Source: an uncultured Verrucomicrobiae bacterium (GTDB lineage Bacteria; Verrucomicrobiota; Verrucomicrobiia; Chthoniobacterales; JAFAMB01). Taken from it: 64,000 nucleotides of DNA. The notes under the pieces were generated by a model, which saw only the letters and a list, made by a program, of their open reading frames with translations, was not told the DNA's origin and made no database searches. Location: the NCBI GenBank assembly GCA_963762565.1, contig CAVXLD010000007.1:352001-416000 (forward strand), read 5' to 3'. The translations under genes were made by a program, and so were the position numbers. Positions 32,364 to 40,216 of the stretch are shown piece by piece (positions within the stretch are counted from its first letter, which is position 1; every line of letters starts with the position of its first letter).

Positions 32364-32855
32364 ATGAGCAAAGGACGTAAGATTCGCTGCTACGACTATG
32401 TCAACCATCCCTATGAAGAGGTCCGCAGCGCGTTGAGCGAAGACGCTCCAGCGGTATTTCAGGCGGCCACCAAAGCCGCAGCCTCCCGCGCTCAATCGAT
32501 CGCCTCCGAACTACGGATCGATATCCGAGGGATCGGCATCGAGGCCGATATTCGGGTTTCGGTCAAGAACATTGAGGTGAAGGAGCGCCAAGGCATGTCG
32601 GGACCGAAGACCCGGTTGCAGCTTGAATGGGAGGCCGCGAGGATGGCCCACCTTTTTCCACTGATGAAAGCGGACCTGTTCATCTATCCAATAACCGCGA
32701 CTGAAACCCAGTTGGATTTCAATGGTTTCTATGAGGCACCTCTCGGTCCTCTGGGAAAGGCCATGAACGCAATGGTCGGGCACCGCATTGCGGAGTTGTG
32801 CGTTCACCGCTTCGTTAGCGACGTCGCGGAGTATCTTCGGAAAACGCTTAGCTAG
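32364..32855 (+). CDS. Hypothetical protein (possibly SRPBCC/START-like fold)
   Basis: Protein-like composition; C-terminal YEAPLGPLGKAMNAMVGHRIAE helix; fold assignment is a guess. Confidence 0.7.
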   Translation: MSKGRKIRCYDYVNHPYEEVRSALSEDAPAVFQAATKAAASRAQSIASELRIDIRGIGIEADIRVSVKNIEVKERQGMSGPKTRLQLEWEAARMAHLFPLMKADLFIYPITATETQLDFNGFYEAPLGPLGKAMNAMVGHRIAELCVHRFVSDVAEYLRKTLS

Positions 32856-33699
32856 GCGCGCGGCGCAAGAACTCTGCGACAATCGCAATCTGAGTCGAGT
32901 CCATGAGCGCCGGCGCGTGGCCGATCCTCGGAAACTCGACCAGTTCTGCACGCGGCCCGCGTTGGGTCATTTCCTGCGCGATTGGCGCAGGTAGAACGTC
33001 GGAATTGACCCCATGGAGCAACAGGACGGGGCAGCGAACGCGGTCGTATACCGACCATAAATCCACGTCCTGGTTAATCGCGAGGAAAGGCTGGGCGATG
33101 GCAGGATCAAAGGCGAGACTGAATTTGTTGTTGCCTATGGGTCGCGCGCTGTAACGCGCGAGATGGCGCCAATTCTTGTCGGTCAGATCACCGAACGGGC
33201 TGTAGATCTCGCGCAGGTGTTTTTCGACGCCTTCGAGATCATCGAAAACCGGATTGTGTCCGAGATATGCGCCGATGCGCCGGAGCGCGGCGAGTGGAAT
33301 GAACGGCCCGGCGTCATTGATGACCAGCCGTCCAATCGGCGTGTTCGTTTCCGCTGCCAGCAGCATGCCGATGAGGCCACCCATCGAGGTGCCAATCCAA
33401 TCGACCGATTCGGCGCCGGTGCGCGCAATGAGGGCGGTCATGTCCATAAGATATTGCGAGTAAATATAATCCCCGGGATTGGTGAGCCAGTTGCTCTTGC
33501 CGCGGCCGACAACGTCGGGGCAGAACACGTGTCTCCCATCAGCCTCGAGCGCCCGGGCGAGATAATCGAAATCGCGCCCGTTGCGAACAAGGCCATGCAC
33601 ACAGATCACCGGGGGCTGCGATGATGCCTCGCCCCATTCGGTATAGGCAATGCGATGAAAACCGCGGGGCCCATATCCGTAGAAGTATTTTTCGCGCAT
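32848..33699 (-). CDS. Alpha/beta hydrolase
   Basis: CVHGL, PDVVGRG, nucleophile GTSMGG, GHAP catalytic His. Confidence 0.92.
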   Translation of the reverse strand: MREKYFYGYGPRGFHRIAYTEWGEASSQPPVICVHGLVRNGRDFDYLARALEADGRHVFCPDVVGRGKSNWLTNPGDYIYSQYLMDMTALIARTGAESVDWIGTSMGGLIGMLLAAETNTPIGRLVINDAGPFIPLAALRRIGAYLGHNPVFDDLEGVEKHLREIYSPFGDLTDKNWRHLARYSARPIGNNKFSLAFDPAIAQPFLAINQDVDLWSVYDRVRCPVLLLHGVNSDVLPAPIAQEMTQRGPRAELVEFPRIGHAPALMDSTQIAIVAEFLRRAPS

Positions 33700-33882
33700 G
33701 CTGAGTATCCGTTTGGCGTTTGGCGTTTGGCGTTCGGCGTTTCGCGAGATTGGGATGGCGCTTGGGGCTAAGGATTGCACCTAAAAACCAACCCAGCACG
33801 TACCCTAGCCAATAATGATGAGCCCAGGATAGTGATGCTCGCTAGCAAGCGCCGAACGCCAAGCGCCGAACGCCAAACGCTA

Positions 33883-34276
33883 TCAACCCTTCGAACCCTT
33901 GATCTCTTGCAAAGTCCGTTCCGCTTCGGTTGCGCTCTCGTAGATATGCGGAGCAACGCCGCGTTTCTCCAGTGCGTCGCCTAGCTTCATGCGGAGGAAC
34001 CCGCTGTGGCGTGTAGCGCGTCACTCTCGCGCAATATTTATCCACCAGGCCACGCACCATGGCGGAGTAGCTGTCGAGCAATTCAGATTCTATCGTGAAA
34101 TTGTCATAGTTCACAATCGCGTAGACACGCTTGCCAAGCGGCGCGAGACGATCGACAGCGATCTGCCAGACGCGCTCGATATCGTCCTGATTGCGGATGG
34201 CAAAACGCTCAAAATTGATAAAGAAATGATTAGTCCCTTCGTCGTAGCTGAACCGCTGTTCGAGCGGGATCGATAG
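33883..34276 (-). pseudogene. C-terminal remnant of an acyl-CoA:acetate/propionate CoA-transferase
   Basis: Manual translation PLEQRFSYDEGTNHFFINFE...VYAIVNYDNF...VTRYT, frameshift, then SGFLRMKLGDALEKRGVAPHIYES; no start, catalytic domains absent. Confidence 0.7.
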
Positions 34277-34294
34277 CCGGTGCTTTTTCCCAGC

Positions 34295-34987
34295 TCAGCT
34301 CAGGTGATTACGCCCGGGATTTTCCAAAGGACTAACCCCGGTGATCACACCAAGGATTTCCCAAAGCACGCGTGCAGGCGTTTGGGTGGCGTCTATCTGG
34401 TGAATCAACGCCGGATCGTAATAGTCCAGGATGGGCTTGGTTTCGATGTCGTAAGTCTCTAGCCGTTTGTGGATGACGGCCTCGTTGGCATCATCCAGGC
34501 GATTGTCTTTAAGCGCGCGCTTCTTAAGCCGCTTGACCAGTTCTGAGCGATCGGGACAGGCCAAGTGGAAGATTTTTAGCACGTCAATCCGCGATGTCAT
34601 AAGCTTCGCCTGCTTCAGATTCCTGGGAATGCCGTCTAGCACTAAAGTATCCAGTTCGGGTTTGAACCGGTGAGTTTCCACTGCGCCTACAATCGACTCT
34701 CGCCACAATTCGAGGGAAAGCTCGTCCGGCACGAGTTCGCCCCGTCCGGAGTAATAGATGAATGCCTGACCAAGTTGAGTGCGCGTATCGATGGAGCGGA
34801 ATACTTCGCCGCATGCGCAGTGGAAAAAGCGTGGAACCGAGCCAAGCGCCTTACCCTGCGTGCCTTTGCCGCTCCCGGGCGGGCCGAAGAGAAGATAAGT
34901 GCGGTAGAGGCCGGAACAACCGTTCTGTAAGGTCTGGGGTGCAGAGTTAGCGCCTCCCAGCGGAGGCGCGAGGACCGTATAATTCAT
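34295..34987 (-). CDS. adk: Adenylate/nucleoside monophosphate kinase
   Basis: GPPGSGKGTQ, GELVPDE, LDGIPR, RLDD. Confidence 0.85.
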   Translation of the reverse strand: MNYTVLAPPLGGANSAPQTLQNGCSGLYRTYLLFGPPGSGKGTQGKALGSVPRFFHCACGEVFRSIDTRTQLGQAFIYYSGRGELVPDELSLELWRESIVGAVETHRFKPELDTLVLDGIPRNLKQAKLMTSRIDVLKIFHLACPDRSELVKRLKKRALKDNRLDDANEAVIHKRLETYDIETKPILDYYDPALIHQIDATQTPARVLWEILGVITGVSPLENPGRNHLS

Positions 34988-35061
34988 GTAGTTTGCATTG
35001 GCTGCGTTTTGGAATTTCAAGACATAATGATCAAACGACCACGGCATGGCGCACAAAGGGT

Positions 35062-36201
35062 TTACCGCTGCTCGATCGGAATGACGGGACGGGCGTCCGG
35101 TCCAATGTAGTCAGCACTTGGACGGATCAATTTATTATTGGCGCGCTGTTCCTTGACGTGGGCGGACCAGCCGGTTACCCGCGATAACACGAAGATCGGA
35201 GTAAACAACGGCGTTGGAATACCCATGAAGTGGTAGGCAGAAGCCGAATAGAAGTCTGCGTTTGCAAAGAGCCCTTTTTTCTCTTTCATGATTCGTTCGA
35301 TCTCCTCGGAAACCGCGAACAGATAGCCGTCAGCTTCCTTTGCCGAAGGCGCGAGTTTGCGGGCGCATTCCTTGATGATGGCATTGCGCGGGTCAGAATA
35401 GCGGTAGACGGCGTGCCCAAACCCCATGATCTTTTCTTTCCGCTCCAAGGTGTCAAAGATGGCGTCGCGTGCTTCTCGCGAAGTCTTGAATTTTGAGATC
35501 ATCGCCATCGCGGCTTCATTCGCCCCTCCGTGTAGCGGTCCGCGTAAAGTACCGATCGCCCCGGTGATGCAGGAGTAGAAATCCGAAAGCGTCGCGGCGC
35601 AGACTCGCGCCGTAAATGTGGAAGCGTTGAACTCGTGCTCGGCATAGAGAATCAGCGAGGTGTCCATGCAACGCTGATGATCAGCGGGAGGCTTCACCTC
35701 GTTGAGTAAGGTCAGCAAGTCGCCCGCCAATGTATCCTCATCGGTCTCGGTCTCGATTCGTTTGCCGCCATGGTGAGCAAAGTGATACCAGTAGCAAAGC
35801 ATGGAGGGCAGACTGGCCAGTAACCGCTCAGCGATGGCATCTTGCTGCATGAAAGCGAACTCCGGTTCCAGTACGCCTAGCATCGATGTGCCGGTCCGGA
35901 GCACGTCCATCGGCTGGGTTTCCCTGGGAATGCGCTCCAGCACTTCTTTGAGCGCCGGCGGCAGAAGTCGCAACCTTTTCAGCCGTTGCTTGAAATCGTG
36001 CAGCTCTTGCCGGTCTGGCAGGTTACCATTCAACAGGAGGTGCGCGACCTCTTCGAAAGTGGTGTTTTCCGCGAGGTCCTCAATATTATAACCGCGGTAA
36101 GTCAGGCCCACACCTTCCTTACCGACGGTGCAAATAGCGGTCGAACCTGCGGATTGTCCGCGCAGCCCGCCCGGGGAACTGATTGGCTTAGCGTCGCTCA
36201 T
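35062..36201 (-). CDS. prpC: 2-methylcitrate synthase
   Basis: GLRGQSAG.TAICTVG, YAEHEFNASTF, GPLHGGANE, GFGH, KLIRPSADY. Confidence 0.9.
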   Translation of the reverse strand: MSDAKPISSPGGLRGQSAGSTAICTVGKEGVGLTYRGYNIEDLAENTTFEEVAHLLLNGNLPDRQELHDFKQRLKRLRLLPPALKEVLERIPRETQPMDVLRTGTSMLGVLEPEFAFMQQDAIAERLLASLPSMLCYWYHFAHHGGKRIETETDEDTLAGDLLTLLNEVKPPADHQRCMDTSLILYAEHEFNASTFTARVCAATLSDFYSCITGAIGTLRGPLHGGANEAAMAMISKFKTSREARDAIFDTLERKEKIMGFGHAVYRYSDPRNAIIKECARKLAPSAKEADGYLFAVSEEIERIMKEKKGLFANADFYSASAYHFMGIPTPLFTPIFVLSRVTGWSAHVKEQRANNKLIRPSADYIGPDARPVIPIEQR

Positions 36202-36463
36202 TTAATTACAACTGTTTTGTTTTAAGTATAAAATAACCGTACCTATTCAATTCGCGTGAGGATCTCTGCTCACCGCCTCTCGCGCATTCAATCCTGCAGA
36301 CTCAGATCAACCTCCGTCGTGGAGGTCGCAGTAGGGCTCGAATTATTCACCGGGGGATTGGGCCGTTGCCGTAAATAAGATCAATGAAGCTTCGGCAGGC
36401 GGACATCGGAATTACTTTGTTTAAGTCGGAGCGATAGGTTATAGCTATTGCCGTTCTCCCCCT

Positions 36464-37402
36464 ATGGAACTTCGCCACGCGCGGTATTTCGTCGCAGTTG
36501 CCGAAGAACTCAATTTCCGGCGTGCCGCCGCGCGTCTTCGTCTGGCCCAGCCATCGCTCAGCACGCAGATTCGCTTGTTAGAAGAAGACGTCGGAGTTCA
36601 ACTGCTTGAGCGAGACAGTCATAAAGTCGAATTGACTCCTGCGGGCCAGAGCTTTCTCGAAGGGTGCCGAAGGCTGCTTCAGGATGCCGACAGCTACGCG
36701 GTCACGGCGCGCCAGATTGCTCGCGGGGAGAGCATACCTCTGTCAATCGGCTTTGTTCCTTCGCTCGCTCACGGGCTGCTGCCGAGCGTTCTGCGGCGTT
36801 TTCGGCAACGATTTCCAGACGTAAAACTTCTTCTGAATGAAATGGATTCAACGGCTCAAATCGAGCAGATCGCCGGGAATCGCATTGACCTGGGCTTAAT
36901 CGGGCTTGGGTTACCGAAAGCGATGCCGGAACTGGAAATTGTCGTGGTAGCCGAAGAGCGCTTGGTGGCGGCCATCCCCCAGGATCATCCCCTGGCGCGG
37001 AGACCGCGGAAGGTAATCCCATTAAAGACCTTGGCGGCTGAACATTTTCTGCTCGGTTCGAGATTGAACGCACCGGTATTCAATCCCTGGATTATCGTCT
37101 TATGCCAGCAGGCTGGATTTCAGCCCCACGTACTTCAAGAGTCGGGCCAACCAATGACGGTGCTGAACTACGTCGCGGCGGGTCTAGGGATAACTATTTT
37201 GCCGGAACAATTCAGTCGTTTAGTGACGGCCGGCATCCGTTTTATACCATTAGCTCGGCCGACACCCGGGTATCGCTATTGCGCGGCTCGTATGCGGCAC
37301 AATCGCAATCCAGTTGTGGCAAATTTTATCCGGATCGCCGGCGAGGTTGGTAAGGGCGTTCGAGGCAGCGGCGAAGCCGTTTGTCCCGTAGGGACTAAAT
37401 GA
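36464..37402 (+). CDS. LysR-family regulator, divergent from prpC
   Basis: MELRHARYFVAVAEELNFRRAA...AQPSLSTQIRLLEE HTH. Confidence 0.95.
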   Translation: MELRHARYFVAVAEELNFRRAAARLRLAQPSLSTQIRLLEEDVGVQLLERDSHKVELTPAGQSFLEGCRRLLQDADSYAVTARQIARGESIPLSIGFVPSLAHGLLPSVLRRFRQRFPDVKLLLNEMDSTAQIEQIAGNRIDLGLIGLGLPKAMPELEIVVVAEERLVAAIPQDHPLARRPRKVIPLKTLAAEHFLLGSRLNAPVFNPWIIVLCQQAGFQPHVLQESGQPMTVLNYVAAGLGITILPEQFSRLVTAGIRFIPLARPTPGYRYCAARMRHNRNPVVANFIRIAGEVGKGVRGSGEAVCPVGTK

Positions 37403-38411
37403 GGATAGCCAGGCAATTTATTGCCGGGATGCGTGTAAAAAGTCGTCCCGTCCCAGCGGGACGGTATGATTCAGTCGGTTAACGGCGTCCTGAGATCCAA
37501 GGCATAGTCAGGGTAAAGACCACACCGTCCCTCCGGGACGGGACGTTTTTTTCTAACCTATTCCAGGCAATGAATTGCCAGGCTAGTGCGCCGTGGAACG
37601 CGCATCACAGCAGGTGAGAGTCCTGCATTGTTAAACCGTGAAAGAACAAGAAGTACAAACTAAGGGCGTCGTCGAGAGGCGGGGTCTGAAGCAACCGAGT
37701 ACGAGACACCTAGTCCGCAACGCAAGTGAACACGATTCGGCAAGGCAAGCTGGTGAGCCTGCTAGCCAAGAGCGAAACCAAGTCCGCCAAGAGCGGAACC
37801 AGTGGCATTCACAGAGCACGGGAAAGGATGGCCATTGGAGCTTGTCGGGTGGTTGGTGGTGGAATGGGAGTCGAAGTGATGAGCGGTTAACACGGGAGAA
37901 CCACGTAGAGAACGAGACTGGCGTTCATTCCGCTGAGAGGGCAAAGAGGGCGGACAAAGAACCAGGCTACGTGGAAGTCAGAGCGTCCATAGTAGCGAAG
38001 AAGCGGGGTAACGCCCGTGGAGCCAAGGGACGTAGGAAGATAGAACGAATCAGGTCAGCCGGAAGGAAGAAACCCCCGTTAGTGATCAACCTCTTGAGAG
38101 CTCGATCTATACAAGGGTGGAGAACTCTGTCCCGCGAAGGGAGCACAGAGGAATACCTTCCAGCCAACACTGATCCATTGCTGGCAGGCTGCCGCAAACG
38201 GCAGTCAGACACCAGGGAAAAGCAAGCCCGATGTCGCCGAACCTCGAACTTTCTCGTTGAGGTTCCCAGGTTCAATTCGGCATGTCAGTCTCACTGTAGA
38301 CCCTATCGACTGGAGAGCCGGATGCGGGAAAACCGCCTGTCCGGTTCGGAGGGAGGGGCGGCTCCAATACAGTCGTCCCTACCCCTATCCTTCATTCAGT
38401 CCCTTCGGGAC
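37383..38411. repeat. REP/MITE element of the GTCCC-GTAG-GGAC family, right arm interrupted by the intron
   Basis: Left arm from 37383; right arm up to 37585 plus 38389-38411 rejoins as its reverse complement. Confidence 0.85.
37586..38388 (+). mobile_element. ORF-less group II intron (IIB-like), 803 nt
   Basis: 5' GTGCG; D3-like GAAGCGGGGTAACGCCCGTGGAGCCAAGGG; D5 GAGCCGGATGCGGGAAAACCGCCTGTCCGGTTC with AGC triad; D6 with bulged A38381; 3' AT. Confidence 0.9.
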
Positions 38412-38456
38412 GGATCCTGCGGTTCAAGGGACACCACCGTTTTTTCAACAGCCCGC

Positions 38457-39365
38457 TTATGCGGCTGGACGCCAGCCAGCATCAGCCCAAAGTTCGCCGC
38501 TGACGGCGGCGTTGGTTAACATAAAACAGATGGCATCGGCAATTTCCTCCGGCTTGATCAACCGTTTCAGTTGCGTTTGCGGAATCACTTTGGTGCGAAT
38601 GTAATCTTCGCCAAGGGCCCGCACCATGGGGGTGTCGGTAAACCCGGGATGGATCACGCTGCAGCGGACCCCGTAATACATGGCCTCCGCCATGAGTGTA
38701 GAAGCAGCGCCTTCCAAACCTGCTTTAGTTGAGGAGTAAGAGATCTGCCCCGCATTGCCAACTGAGGCAATCGAACCAAGGAAAACGACGGCTCCTTGCA
38801 ATCCTTCCTCAGGCTGCCAGCGTTTGAGCCCGCGAGACACCCGATCCTTTGCCACTGCGGCTACAAGCTCGATCGCCCAATAAATCGGAGCGATCATATT
38901 GATTTCCACCACCTTGCGAAAATCATCCATCGGGTACATCACCACTTGGCCGCTCTGTTTATCGACTCTTACTGCCAGGGCGTCTTTGGTGATAGCCGCC
39001 GCCGGCACACAGATGCGCGGCAGGCCTGCCTTCGCCATGATATCGGCGTAAACTTCCTGCCGGAAAGCCGTATCGGTCGTGTCCCCACGATAGGCGATGG
39101 CGACCGCACGGCCAAACTCCGTATTGAGGTCGCGGGCCACTTGCGCAACCCGGTCACTGAAATCCACCATGGCGATACCAGCTGCCCCGCGCCTTGCCAT
39201 GTCGAGAGCCAAAGCTTGACCAATGCCGCCGGCGGCTCCCGTGATAACGGCAACTTGTCCTTTGATCGTTTGCATATGTAGAACGCTATCTGACGTCTCC
39301 AGGGTGCCAGCTTTCTGGCTAGCGAGGCCCGGCTCCTCGATAGTTCCAGGAATAATCGAGTTCAT
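38457..39365 (-). CDS. Short-chain dehydrogenase/reductase (3-oxoacyl reductase-like), copy 1 (alternative start 39275)
   Basis: TGAAGGIG, YSSTK, PGFTDTPM. Confidence 0.88.
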   Translation of the reverse strand: MNSIIPGTIEEPGLASQKAGTLETSDSVLHMQTIKGQVAVITGAAGGIGQALALDMARRGAAGIAMVDFSDRVAQVARDLNTEFGRAVAIAYRGDTTDTAFRQEVYADIMAKAGLPRICVPAAAITKDALAVRVDKQSGQVVMYPMDDFRKVVEINMIAPIYWAIELVAAVAKDRVSRGLKRWQPEEGLQGAVVFLGSIASVGNAGQISYSSTKAGLEGAASTLMAEAMYYGVRCSVIHPGFTDTPMVRALGEDYIRTKVIPQTQLKRLIKPEEIADAICFMLTNAAVSGELWADAGWRPAA

Positions 39366-39429
39366 AACTTTAAATTACAATCCTCTGATTGGTTGTCTCG
39401 ATTTTTTTGCATTAGCGTCAGTCTTTTTT

Positions 39430-39439
39430 TGCGATTGCA
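39430..39439. promoter_or_regulatory. Candidate PhaR box upstream of phaR/SDR
   Basis: TGCGATTGCA (TGC-N4-GCA) in the divergent intergenic region. Confidence 0.5.
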
Positions 39440-39524
39440 GTATGATTTTGACAAAGGAGGGCGACCGGCCGAAGCTTGGTGGTCCCTGACATCGACGGGG
39501 AGCCGTTCTTTGGAAAGCGACAAC

Positions 39525-40154
39525 ATGGCGAATAGCACGGACAACGACGAACCTCGAACCCTGGAAATCCGGAAATACCAAAACCGGCGCTACTACGATA
39601 GCACTCGCAGTCAACACCTCAGCCTGCAGCAAATTCACAAGTTAATCATCGAGGGATACAATATCCGGGTGTTGGACGCCAAGACCAACGAGGATATCAC
39701 AGCAAAGGTTCTCACACAGATTCTCCTCGAATACGAGCCGGTTAAATTGACGATGTTCTCTAACGAATTGCTGACTCGAGCGATTCGTGTAAACGACCGA
39801 TTGCTTAAAGATTTCGTTGACGTTTACTTTCGCCAGGCGTTCGAGGCATTCTGTGGATCACAACGGCATGTCGATCAGATGCTGCGACAGGCTCATCATT
39901 TAACCTCCTTCCTGCCCGCAGCGGCATCAGCAGCCAATCTCTTCCGGCCATGGGTGCCCCTGACCACGCCGTTCTCGCCGCAGCCGGCGCCGGGCAGCGA
40001 ATCAGGCGCGGATACCGGCGCCGCCGCGGTGCAAAACGAGATTGCTGCGCTGCGCGAAGAGGTTTCGAAATTAAAGGCCCAATTAAAGCCGGCTGGACGG
40101 CCGCGGGGCAAAAAAAAGAACAGAGACAATCGAGGGATAGCAAATAGCAAATAG
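39525..40154 (+). CDS. phaR: PHA synthesis regulator PhaR
   Basis: IRKYQNRRYYDSTRSQHLSL...V.DAKTNEDIT..VLTQILLE (PHB_acc_N pattern). Confidence 0.88.
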   Translation: MANSTDNDEPRTLEIRKYQNRRYYDSTRSQHLSLQQIHKLIIEGYNIRVLDAKTNEDITAKVLTQILLEYEPVKLTMFSNELLTRAIRVNDRLLKDFVDVYFRQAFEAFCGSQRHVDQMLRQAHHLTSFLPAAASAANLFRPWVPLTTPFSPQPAPGSESGADTGAAAVQNEIAALREEVSKLKAQLKPAGRPRGKKKNRDNRGIANSK

Positions 40155-40216
40155 CGGGTAGCAAATACTAGTGTCCCTCTCGAAGGTGTTTCCGAAGGAC
40201 CTGCTATTTGCTATTT

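Noticed and set aside
36240..36350. Possible prpB N-terminal remnant (SAGLNAREAVSRDP) upstream of prpC
   Set aside because: Too short and too weak to support by eye
37638..38519. 293-aa ORF inside the intron as a possible maturase
   Set aside because: No RT motifs (no YADD); it simply reads through intron RNA domains, including D5 (ESRMRENRLSGSEGG)
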